A DNA stretch of 64,000 nt, taken from contig OZ251231.1 in NCBI GenBank assembly GCA_965240325.2, forward strand, positions 930,001 to 994,000, given 5' to 3'. The stretch is from Rebecca billardiae RCC1528. Lineage: Eukaryota > Protista > Haptophyta. Both the position numbers and the translations under genes were made by a program. The notes under the pieces are model-generated. The model made no database searches. It was not told where the DNA came from and saw only the letters and a program-made list of their open reading frames with translations. Below are positions 24,089 to 35,122 of the stretch, piece after piece. Position 1 is the first letter of the stretch, and each line of letters opens with the position of its first letter.

Positions 24089-25219
24089 TCACGGTGAGGT
24101 GTAGAGCACACCGTCGCGTCGCTTCTGCTCCTGCAGCCTCTCGTAGAAGGACATTTGCTCCATGGATCGAGTGCCCGCCTGTGTGCCAACCGCGGCGGCC
24201 GGCGTTGGCCCCGGTGCGGCCCGCGCGACCGGCGCAGCCGCCGCTGCTCTTGCAGCGCCGCCAGTGCTCGCCCCACCCGCACTCGCGGCAGCCTGCTGCG
24301 CGCGCTCCCAGATCTGCTCGGCCGTCTCGCGCGCTGGCTTGGCCGTCGCAGACGACCCCGCGTCCGCGGCGGGCTCGGGCTCGCCCCGCCACGCGCGCAG
24401 TGCCGCCTGGAAGGAGGCGGCACTCGCCTCCTCGTCGTACGCGGCATCGAGCAGCGCCGAGCTGCCCTCGCCGCCACCGCCACCGCCGGCCGTGCCGCCG
24501 CCGGCGTGGGTGGCGGCGGCGGCGTGCGCTGGCTGCGCTACGCGAGTCACCCGCTCGGCGGGCGCGCGGGGCGAGGGAGCGACGAGGTCCTGCGGGCGTG
24601 ATTGCACACGGGTGGGCGGGGTGGGCACTCATCATCAACGAGTCATCATCAGGAATGCCGCGCACGCAGGGCTCCCGCAGCGCGCGCGGGGGCGGCGCGC
24701 GCTCACCTCGTATGCGGCTGCCTCGGTTGGGATCGCTTCGTCAGGGTGCCAAACGAAGAGCTCGGACAGGTCACGCGTCTGCCCGGCCGCGCTAGCGTCA
24801 CCAACCTCCGCCGCCGCCGGCACGTCATCAGCCACGCCCACAGCGCCGTTGCTGTTGGCCTGCGCGTGGCTTTCTTCACGCAGCTGCCGGATGCGGCCAG
24901 TGTGCGAAGCCTTCGCGGCGGCGAGAGGGGTGGCGCTGCCTTCTCGCGGGGCGGCGCGCGGCTGCTGCGCGCGCGCCCCGCCTTTCCCACCCTCGCGAAG
25001 CACCTTGTCAACGTAGCGTGCGCCAGTGCCGGCGCCGTCCTGCGCGCCCGCGCGCCAGTTCGACCCGCCAGGTAGGCGCTTCGCCTCGCGCTTCTGCTTC
25101 TCCTCCTGCATGAGTAGCTTCAGCTGCGCGAGTCGCTGCTCCATGGACTCCACGTCAGCCTCGACGGCATGCGCCCGGGCTGGCGGGCGCCGCCCGGGCC
25201 GCGGCTGGCCCGGCGGCAT
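24089..25219 (-). CDS. ZBBX-like protein lacking a B-box, 2 exons (predicted intron 24590-24706)
   Basis: N-terminal coil MEQRLAQLK...EEKQKRE...NWRAG and motif YDEEASAASFQAALRAWRG resemble, from memory, the conserved blocks of animal ZBBX. Confidence 0.6.
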
Positions 25220-25419
25220 CGTCCACTCACTGGCCGAAACGGTTGAGACGCGACGGGGGAGACGACTTTCAGACCGGCCAGAAAATACATGACGATTGAC
25301 GAGAGCAAGAAATTACTTTACCCCCATACTGGTCACTGGCAGTGAGTGACTGAGTGGTGAACAAGTGGTGACCACGTTTTCATCATCAAGCGAAAAGGTC
25401 GCTCTTGATCATTAACAAA

Positions 25420-26390
25420 ATGGCCGGCTCGGCGAGTCGGCGGCGGCGCCGGCACCGGCGCGGGAATTGTCTAAGACCAATTATTACTTGTATCACGGCA
25501 GCATTCGATCTGCTGCTCGATCTCGCGTCCGTCCTGGGCCACCGGCTCCCCAACGGTGCCACGAGCGGCAAGAACAAGGCCGACATGGGCACGTGCCAGT
25601 CATCCGTGCTGATTGCGCTTCTCTCCTCGCATAACCTCAACGTAAACAGCCCCTGCGGCGTCCCCTCGCAGAATAGTACGCCGCTGCGCGTGTCGAGGCG
25701 TCGGCTCGCAGCGCCGCGCGGTCGCGTACTGTCACGCCGCCGTCACAGGCTGATTGAACCCAACCTGACACGGCGTCACCGCGCGGCCCCACGCGCGGCG
25801 CGCACATGCTGTGCGGTACAGTCGACGACGAAGTGAGCTGCCTGCTGACTTGCAAGCCGGGCTACGTGTTGCACTCTGGCGCCGGCTTGAGTCCGCAGGC
25901 GATCTGCGACAACGACTCCACCACACCAGATACCGACGGGGACTGGCTCATCTCCGCGGGCGCCGTAGGCACGGGTCCCGCGCAAAGTCTCGCCCCGCAG
26001 CTCTGCGTCATCGCGCCGACCCCGACCCCGACCCCCATCCCTACCCCCGTGCCGTCGCCGTCGCCGAAGCCCTCTCCCACTCCAACTCCGACTCCGGCTC
26101 CCTCTCCGATTCCAACGCCTACTCCGCCGCCTGAGCCGGCGGGGGTGCCCTCGCCGACTCCCGCGCCGTGCCCCCATCTGGAGCCATCCGAGCCAGTCAT
26201 CACGTGCCCGGATCATTGTCGGCCCACGGTCGCGCATGCGGACGACAGCCGCCGTCGGCTCTCGACGCACTGGAGCTCGAGCAGCAAGAAGGCTCGGCGG
26301 CAGCGCAAGAACAAGAAGGCGCTCCTCTTCGGCCACTTCCACGAGTTCAAGTGCCCGGCGGGATGCGAGCCGGATGTGGCAGGGCCCTGA
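25420..26390 (+). CDS. Putative extracellular Cys-rich (Sushi/CCP-like) protein with a (PT/PS)n stalk; predicted intron 25676-25820; start uncertain
   Basis: [12 protein letters not shown]...AICD...W...C, then [23 protein letters not shown] and a C-terminal CPDHC...RRRL...LLFG...CPAGC. Confidence 0.6.
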
Positions 26391-26829
26391 GCGCTCGTTG
26401 CCGTGCGTTGATGCCAGGAGCGGTCGGGCGCGCGGCATCGGCAGGCTCAAGCCATGCGCTGGCATCACAGCGGAGCCGACAGGCCGCCGTGCGGCTCGGA
26501 CGGGGCGCGTGCTGCGAATGACGCTTGCGGGCATCCACCAGGCTACACGCTGCGTCAGTGGCAACCGCCGCTACGTGCGCAAGCGCGACCTTCGCACGGG
26601 CATGCACACATACGCCGACTTGTCAACAGACGACGAGTTCTGGGCGAGCGCGAGGTCCCAGCCGACACCCAGGCATGCCGCAGGCCGCCGGCTGCCGCAG
26701 CCGTCTCCGACTTCCCAGCCGGTGGCGCGCTGCCCGGCACCGTCACCGTCGGCACGTACGCGACGCGGGCCGTCGCTCCCCGAAGCCGCTTCACCAGTCC
26801 AAGCTCCCTGCACCCTGCTCCCTGGCCCG

Positions 26830-27050
26830 CTATTAATAATAGTATTATGAATTCGATCACCTTGATTAACTAAAAATACGGCAGCGCTGGTGCTTACTTG
26901 ATTAATTATTATGAATGCTGATATATTTAAAACGGATGGCTCATAATATAATATAATTATATAATTATAATTAAAAACTGTAGTTATAATAATTATAGTT
27001 ATTATAATTATAATTATTACATTATTATAATAATTACAATATCGAATATG
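26830..27050. repeat. AT-rich low-complexity (ATA/ATT) intergenic tract
   Basis: ataattataattataatt-type sequence in a very GC-rich background; similar tracts at ~14350-14460, 36910-36985 and 56765-56910. Confidence 0.85.
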
Positions 27051-27619
27051 GCTAGTACACTAGTGACCTAGCGGACTCTCATAGTCTCTAGAGTAAGTCT
27101 CTGTCGTCAGACACACGTTCACTCGGACTCGGTTCAGTCGGTCAGACCTGACTCCTGAGACCGTGCCTGGCTCAGGCGTCAGCCGCCTGACTGCAGACTG
27201 GGTCTGGGACTCGGAGTGAGCTGGCTCCCGCTCTGCCGCCGCGCCCGCTGCACCGCGTACGTCGTCTAATACTGCGGCACTCCGGGCAGCGGGACGCCGG
27301 CTGTCGGCGGTGATGAAACCGCCGCCGGAGGGCCAGCAGGGCAAGACGCAAGTAATCAAACCGCCTTGCAAGCCGTTACGTCGGTCGCTCGGTAGGTTGG
27401 AGCAGGTGGACCTGTGTTACCGTCAGCAAAGTGACAAGTGTCCGGTCGCGCGCGTCGGCTTGATCAGGAGAGGCTCGAAAGGTTCAAGGTAGTACCTATG
27501 ATTGTGGTGGCCTCACGGTCCCACCCGTCCCAGCCCCATACGTCAAGGCTCGAGTCGAGTCCGTGGTATTGAAAAATACCCGCAACTAGTGCGTGGCGGC
27601 CATGTTTAATAGTCCGGGC

Positions 27620-27649
27620 GCTCATGACATTCCATGGAATGTCATGAGC
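27620..27649. repeat. Perfect 30-bp palindrome gctcatgacattccatggaatgtcatgagc
   Basis: Self reverse-complementary; lies between the inverted repeats ccacccgtcccag (~27521) and ctgggacgggtgg (~27680). Confidence 0.9.
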
Positions 27650-27799
27650 CCGCTGAGCCGAAGACGGGCTCACAGGGTTTCTGGGACGGGTGGAGGGGGT
27701 TCACTTTGAACTTGCTCAAGCGACAAGCGGATGATTGTACCCGGTACCGCAATGTAGGGGTTCGTCGGAGGCCCGGGCCCCCCTCCGCCTCGCCTGCAG

Positions 27800-29131
27800 A
27801 TGGCGGACGCGCAGGAGGACTGGGGCGTGCTCGGCCGTGCTGCCCGGCGCGGCCGCTCGCGGCCACGCGTGCTGCCGGCGCAATGCGCCACTTTTGACGA
27901 CCGCCGGGCCTTCGTCGCGTGCGCGGCGGTTGTGTTCCCTGCATGCCAGCTCACGCTCGCGCTCGTCGCGCTCGTGGACGTCGGCCGGCGCGAGGATGCG
28001 TGCGCGCTGCGCTGCCTGGCGGTGGTCGCGCTCGGATGCGCCGCGTGCGTGGCCGGTCTCGCCGTGAGTGCGCCCCAGCTGGAAAACCCCAGCCTTCTCC
28101 TCGCGTGCGCGCTGAGCTCGCTCCCGCCGCTCGCGCGCTCGTGGCGGTGCGGCACGCTCTCTGGCGCACCGGCGCTGGACCGCGGGCTGCTCGCGACCAG
28201 CGGGCTGGTGGAGGTGATCGTGGTCATACTCGCTGTCCGTGTGTGGCGTGGCTTCGGCTGGCGCGTGTACAAGGTGGTCGGCGGCGACATCGCTCTCAAC
28301 CGCGCGTACGCCAACTACCAGGCCCTCCAGGCGTCGGTCGTGGTCACGTGCGAGCTGTGGGCGGTGGCGCTCTTCATGGCGTACGCGGCGGCGTGCGTGT
28401 CGTCGTCGGACGCCATAGGGCTGACGCTCGCCTGCGTCGCGCTCGGCGCGTTCGAGGTCCTCGCCGTGCGCCGCGAGTCGAGCGCTTTGGTCGTGGCCGC
28501 CCTGCTCGCGCACGCGGCCCTCGCGTGCTACGCTGTCGTGCTGGTGGCAACGGGCCTGCGGCGTGGCACGGGCGGCAGCGCAGGCGTCAGCGAGCGCGCG
28601 CAGTGCGGTGCTCCGGCGTGGCTCTGCGCGCACGCGCACGACGGCTCCGTGCACGTGCTCCGCGAGCTCACCGTGGCGGCGTGCGTGCTCGCTCCGTGCG
28701 CGCAGGCGCTGGTGTGCGCGCTCTGCGCACACGCCACGAGCGCGTTCGGGCGCGGCCTGCGCGAGCGCGCGTTCGCGCGCGGCAAGCGTGGCAAGCGCGG
28801 CGCGCGAGCGCGCTTTGCGATCGACCAGCCCTTCACCAACTTCATCCAGGACGACGGGTCTGCCCACGAAGAGCCGCAGGCCATTGGTCGCGCCACAGGC
28901 AGCTTCCTTGACGGAGATGTCGAGTCGGTGCCGGCCGATCTCTCGGCGACTGGTGAGCGCGATGCGCCGACCGCGGCTGGCGGGCCGGTCGTCGAGCCGT
29001 TGGTCGCCCCGCGGCCTAGCTGGCCCCCGTCGGACCTGGCGGACGACGCCGACGACGGCGAGCCACCTGATCCAGCCGCGGCCGGAGGCGTTGCTGCAGA
29101 CGACCACGGCAGTGATGGCTCGTCGTCTTGA
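27800..29131 (+). CDS. Multi-pass membrane protein, UPF0658-like
   Basis: About 7-8 hydrophobic helices with VWRGFGWRVYKVVGGDIALNRAYANYQ, AVRRES and C-terminal FGRGLRE motifs; acidic tail. Confidence 0.72.
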   Translation: MADAQEDWGVLGRAARRGRSRPRVLPAQCATFDDRRAFVACAAVVFPACQLTLALVALVDVGRREDACALRCLAVVALGCAACVAGLAVSAPQLENPSLLLACALSSLPPLARSWRCGTLSGAPALDRGLLATSGLVEVIVVILAVRVWRGFGWRVYKVVGGDIALNRAYANYQALQASVVVTCELWAVALFMAYAAACVSSSDAIGLTLACVALGAFEVLAVRRESSALVVAALLAHAALACYAVVLVATGLRRGTGGSAGVSERAQCGAPAWLCAHAHDGSVHVLRELTVAACVLAPCAQALVCALCAHATSAFGRGLRERAFARGKRGKRGARARFAIDQPFTNFIQDDGSAHEEPQAIGRATGSFLDGDVESVPADLSATGERDAPTAAGGPVVEPLVAPRPSWPPSDLADDADDGEPPDPAAAGGVAADDHGSDGSSS

Positions 29132-29563
29132 GCTCACTGCGGCGAGGAGGCCGCGCGTGACGGTGATCCGAATCATCATCATGCATGGACCATGACATGT
29201 CACCATGTCCATCCATGGTGCCATGATACGACGGTCACAGTGACGGTCACCACTTCACAGCTTGCTACGACGGGTCCGCGACGCCAATCCAGCCGACTGG
29301 CCGACTTATTCGTCATCCACATTCCGGATCCACATATTCCGTCACTCGTCAGGCGCCCTGATGGCTGATCCCTGGCAGCGCAGCCTGCATGTCTGCTGTG
29401 TGACACTGTGTCAATCTTGAATCTGACCGAGTGTGTGTCACTATAATAGACTGCTATACCGACTGCTCACTCACGTCTGTCCGGTCTAAGTTAAACTTAA
29501 TAAACCGTCAGCAGTCATAACAGACGACGACTGTCTGCTTAGCTCATCGGATCTGAGTGAGTA

Positions 29564-29614
<51 letters not shown>

Positions 29615-29981
29615 ATCCCGGTGCAGCCCGTGCCAGCCCCGGAATCGGATCTTGCGCCAGGGCTTCGACGGCACGCGCGGGCACTTGCGGCCGCCTGCGG
29701 ACTCCACTCATCCTTCGGGCGTAGTTGGTGACTTGGGCGGGCCGTCCGAGTGGCGGCGCCTCGGTCCGCTAAGTACTCACTACTCAGTCATCCTCGCAGT
29801 AGTCACTTCAGATCAGTCTCAGTCTCATCAGCAGTCGAGGCTGTAGTAGATAGACGACTGGCACTGCTAGTAGATATAGCCTGCGACGTAGAGTCGTGTA
29901 CGTACAGACTACAGTCGTAGTCAGTCGTACATTCATCTGGTCTGCTGCTTGCCAAATCCTGAAGCGTCGCCTGCAGGCGGC

Positions 29982-32900
29982 TCAGCCCTCGATGTCCGAA
30001 TCGTAATCATCCATCATGATGGACCGCCGGCCTTTGCCCTTGCGCGACCGCCGGCACAAGCAGCCCAGCGCGCAGCTGAGCACGAAGAAGAGCCCGATGG
30101 TGCCGAGGACAAAGCCCAGCACCATGGAGTCCGTGGAGGAGGCTTGGCTGAGGAGCGTGGCCACGGAGAGCGCGCCAGCGCCGCTCGTGCCCGCCGAGTC
30201 GAGCGCCTGCGTCGGCATCAGCGACACCGGAGAAGGCGCGGGCGATGGCGCCGGCGCAGAGCCACGGCCAGGCACCTCGGGAATCGATGCGTTGACCATG
30301 GGGCCTGCCGGGAGCGGCGGGCGCTGAGACGGACACCTGTCACGCGCTGCCACGGGGGCGATCAGCGCACTGCTGCTGTCCATCGTGGCCGAGGAGGGCG
30401 CACACAGGCCATCGCCCTCTGCGGTGTCGACGAATGGCACGCAGCGCGAGGGCGAGTCTGGCGAGTTGCACCACATGCACGGCTGCGTCCGCGTCCCATC
30501 CCTCGCGCTGATGCCGAGAGTGCACCGCAGGCAGCCTGCGCGTCGCAGGGGCGCGCGTGTGAGCACAGTGAGCGGTGCGTGTGCAGGCATGCGCATCATG
30601 CTCCCAGTGGGGCGCGCGCCGGCGCACGGTCAGCGAAGAGGTCCACACATCGCACTGCGCGCACCGCGGGCTTCGAAGCTTGCGCAGAGCGCGCGCGTGT
30701 CCGTAGGCAGCTGCTCGACAGCAGACCGAGGCCGGCGGACCGGGCGCGCCTTGGTCTTGCTCGACATGGGGTGCACAGACGGGTCGCGCCGGCGGCCCCC
30801 GCTCTCGTTGGACACCTCGCGCGGGCGGCTGCCGAGGAACAAAGGCGACTCCGCCCCCGCCATCTCCGCGTCGACACGCACAGGCGCACGCACTGGCTCG
30901 GGCGCGGCGTCAGGCATGGCTGGCGCGAGCGCATCGCTGCGCACGTGAAAAACATCAGCATCAGCGACTGACGGCATGCTGAGCGCGACATCGACACCAG
31001 CGACCTCCTCTGGGATCGACTGCGAGAGGTGGATGGGGATGTCGGCGCTTGTCGAGAGCTGGGGCTTGAAGAACGGCTCGTGTGTGGACGCATGCATCGC
31101 TTCGGCGTGCTCTGACTCACCTTCCGCGGCGGGCTCGGCGGCGACGGCGGCCGTGCTCGGCTCCGCGGCCGACTCGACCTCAGCCGGAGCCGAGCCGGCC
31201 TCAGCCTTGGGCTCGGCGGCTGCGGTGGCCGTGCTCAACTCCGCGACCGACTCGACCTCGGCCGGGGGCACGACGGTCTCGGCCTCGGGCTCAGCGGCGG
31301 TGGCCTTGCTCGACTCCGTGACCGACTCGACCTCGGCAGGAGCTGTCCCGGCCTCAGCCTTGGGCTCGGCGGCTGCGGTGGCCGTGCTCGACTCCGCGAC
31401 CGACTCTACCTCGGCCGGGGGCACGACGGTCTCAGCCTCGGGCTCAGCGGCGGCGGCCGTGCTCGACTTCGCGACCGACTCGACCTCGGCCGGGGGCACG
31501 ACGGTCTCAGCCTCGGGCTCAGCGGCAGCAGCCGTGCTCGACTCCGCGACCGACTCGACCTCGGCCGGGGGCACGACGGTCTCGGCCTCGGGCTCAGCGG
31601 CGGCGGCCGTGCTCGACTCCGCGACCGACTCGACCTCGGCCGGGGGCACGACGGTCTCGGCCTCGGGCTCAGCGGCGGTGGCCGTGCTCGACTCCGCGAC
31701 CGACTCGACCTCGGCAGGAGCTGTCCCGGCCTCAGCCTTGGGCTCGGCGGCTGTGGTGGCCGTGCTCGACTCCGCGACCGACTCGACCTCGGCAGGAGCT
31801 GTCCCGGTCTCAGCCTCGGGCTCAGCGGCGGTGGCCGTGCTCGACTCCGCGACCGACTCTACCTCGGCCGGGGGCACGACGGTCTCGGCCTCGGGCTCAG
31901 CGGCGGTGGCCTTGCTCGACTCCGTGACCGACTCGACCTCGGCAGGAGCTGTCCCGGCCTCAGCCTTGGGCTCGGCGGCTGCGGTGGCCGTGCTCGACTC
32001 CGCGACCGACTCGACCTCGGCCGGGGGCACGACGGTCTCGGCCTCGGGCTCAGCGGCGGCGGCCGTGCTCGACTTCGCGACCGACTCGACCTCGGCCGGG
32101 GGCACGACGGTCTCAGCCTCGGGCTCAGCGGCAGCAGCCGTGCTCGACTCCGCGACCGACTCGACCTCGGCCGGGGGCACGACGGTCTCAGCCTCGGGCT
32201 CAGCGGCGGTGGCCGTGCTCGACTCCGCGACCGACTCGACCTCGGCCGGGGGCACGACGGTCTCGGCCTCGGGCTCAGCGGCGGTGGCCGTGCTCGACTC
32301 CGCGACCGACTCGACCTCGGCAGGAGCTGTCCCGGCCTCAGCCTTGGGCTCGGCGGCTGTGGTGGCCGTGCTCGACTCCGCGACCGACTCGACCTCGGCA
32401 GGAGCTGTCCCGGCCTCAGCCTTGGGCTCGGCGGCTGCGGTGGCCGTGCTCGACTCCGCGACCGACTCGACCTCGGCAGGAGCTGTCCCGGCCTCAGCCT
32501 TGGGCTCGGCGGCTGCGGTGGCCGTGCTCAACTCCGCGACCGACTCGACCTCGGCCGGGGGCACGACGGTCTCGGCCTCGGGCTCAGCGGCGGTGGCCTT
32601 GCTCGACTCCGTGACCGACTCGACCTCGGCAGGAGCTGTCCCGGCCTCAGCCTTGGGCTCGGCGGCTGCGGTGGCCGTGCTCGACTCCGCGACCGACTCT
32701 ACCTCGGCCGGGGGCACGACGGTCTCAGCCTCGGGCTCAGCGGCGGCGGCCGTGCTCGACTTCGCGACCGACTCGACCTCGGCCGGGGGCACGACGGTCT
32801 CAGCCTCGGGCTCAGCGGCAGCAGCCGTGCTCGACTCCGCGACCGACTCGACCTCGGCCGGGGGCACGACGGTCTCGGCCTCGGGCTCAGCGGCGGCGGC

Positions 32901-34856
32901 CGTGCTCGACTCCGCGACCGACTCGACCTCGGCAGGAGCTGTCCCGGCCTCAGCCTTGGGCTCGGCGGCTGTGGTGGCCGTGCTCGACTCCGCGACCGAC
33001 TCGACCTCGGCAGGAGCTGTCCCGGCCTCAGCCTTGGGCTCGGCGGCTGCGGTGGCCGTGCTCAACTCCGCGACCGACTCGACCTCGGCCGGGGGCACGA
33101 CGGTCTCGGCCTCGGGCTCAGCGGCGGCGGCCGTGCTCGACTTCGCGACCGACTCGACCTCGGCCGGGGGCACGACGGTCTCGGCCTCGGGCTCAGCGGC
33201 AGCAGCCGTGCTCGACTCCGCGACCGACTCGACCTCGGCAGGAGCTGTCCCGGCCTCAGCCTTGGGCTCGGCGGCTGTGGTGGCCGTGCTCGACTCCGCG
33301 ACCGACTCGACCTCGGCAGGAGCTGTCCCGGCCTCAGCCTTGGGCTCAGCGGCGGCGGCCGTGCTCGACTTCGCGACCGACTCGACCTCGGCCGGGGGCA
33401 CGACGGTCTCGGCCTCGGTCTCGGCGGCGGCGGCCGTGCTCGACTTCGCGACCGACTCGACCTCGGCCGGGGGCACGACGGTCTCGGCCTCGGGCTCAGC
33501 GGCGGTGGCCGTGCTCGACTCCGCGACCGACTCGACCTCGGCAGGAGCTGTCCCGGCCTCAGCCTTGGGCTCGGCGGCGGCGGTGGCCGTGCTCGACCCC
33601 GCGACCGACTCGACCTCGGCCGGGGGCACGACGGTCTCGGCCTCGGGCTCAGCGGCGGTGGCCGTGCTCGACTCCGCGACCGACTCGACCTCGGCAGGAG
33701 CTGTCCCGGCCTCAGCCTTGGGCTCGGCGGCGGCGGTGGCCGTGCTCGACTCCGCGACCGACTCGACCTCGGCCGGGGGCACGACGGTCTCGGCCTCGGT
33801 CTCAGCGGCGGTGGCCGTGCTCGACTCCGCGACCGACTCGACCTCGGCCGGGGGCACGACGGTCTCAGCCTCGGGCTCAGCGGCGGTGGCCGTGCTCGAC
33901 TCCGCGACCGACTCGACCTCGGCCGGGGGCACGACGGTCTCGGCCTCGGGCTCAGCGGCGGTGGCCGTGCTCGACTCCGTGACCGACTCGACCTCGGCAG
34001 GAGCTGTCCCGGCCTCAGCCTTGGGCTCGGCGGCTGCGGTGGCCGTGCTCGACTCCGCGACCGACTCGACCTCGGCCGGGGGCACGACGGTCTCAGCCTC
34101 GGGCTCAGCGGCGGCGGCCGTGCTCGACTCCGCGACCGACTCGACCTCGGCAGGAGCTGTCCCGGCCTCAGCCTTGGGCTCGGCGGCTGCGGTGGCCGTG
34201 CTCGACTCCGCGACCGACTCGACCTCGGCCGGGGGCACGACGGTCTCAGCCTCGGTCTCGGCGGCGGCGGCCGTGCTCGACTTCGCGACCGACTCGACCT
34301 CGGCCGGGGGCACGACGGTCTCGGCCTCGGGCTCAGCGGCGGTGGCCGTGCTCGACTCCGCGACCGACTCGACCTCGGCAGGAGCTGTCCCGGCCTCAGC
34401 CTTGGGCTCGGCGGCGGCGGTGGCCGTGCTCGACTCCGCGACCGACTCGACCTCGGCCGGGGGCACGACGGTCTCGGCCTCGGGCTCAGCGGCGGTGGCC
34501 GTGCTCGACTCCGCGACCGACTCGACCTCGGCAGGAGCTGTCCCGGCCTCAGCCTTGGGCTCGGCGGCGGCGGTGGCCGTGCTCGACCCCGCGACCGACT
34601 CGACCTCGGCCGGGGCCACGGCGGTCTCAGCTACAGGCTCGATGGCGGCGATGGCCGTGCTCGGCTCCGCAGCTGGCTCGACGTTGGACAGGGCCACGAC
34701 ATCCTCAGCGGTAGACTCGACCGTGGTAGCCACGCTCAACTCCGCGGCCGCGTTGTTGACCTCAGCCAGTCGAGAAGCAGGTGAGGTAGATGCGACGAGC
34801 TTGGCCGTTTCGGGCATCGTATCCAGGAGTGGTGCGTACGTGTTGTCAGCGGACAT
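29982..34856 (-). CDS. ~1,581-aa mucin-like membrane protein: acidic Ala/Glu tandem-repeat stalk + PSI-like domain + TM + short tail; predicted intron 30536-30664
   Basis: GT-AG splicing joins ...LCASFEAR|G to CLRC...CMWC...C...C (PSI pattern), followed by TM SMVLGFVLGTIGLFFVLSCALGCLC and a basic stop-transfer RRSRKGK. Confidence 0.75.
31130..34700 (-). repeat. Coding tandem array of 75- and 78-bp units (~46 copies)
   Basis: Two unit types, PAEVESVAESSTATAAEPEAETVVP (25 aa) and PAEVESVAESSTATAAAEPKAEAGTA (26 aa), nearly identical at DNA level. Confidence 0.97.
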
Positions 34857-35122
34857 GCCTTTGTCGCAGGAGACAGCGAGACGCCTCTTTACGGTCGTCT
34901 ACGGCCAGGGGCGTCACGGCCAACCGCACAACTGCCCCACCGGCCAACCTGCGATTCGCGGAATCCGACCTCTCTCCACCCAACCTGAAACCGCAAGGGT
35001 GGTGGTCGGCCGGTAGTGGGGTCCGGCGCTTCGCCGTCCGGCGGAACCGAGCGTGGGGTGGGCGCGAGGTTCACCGCGAGATCGCGACGCCGGCCGTCGA
35101 CACCAACTGGACGCGAAGGGAC

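Noticed and set aside
30976-35016. 1,346-aa plus-strand ORF (Ser/Ala/Thr repeats)
   Set aside because: Antisense shadow of a stop-free repeat; only the minus-strand frame splices to a PSI-TM exon.
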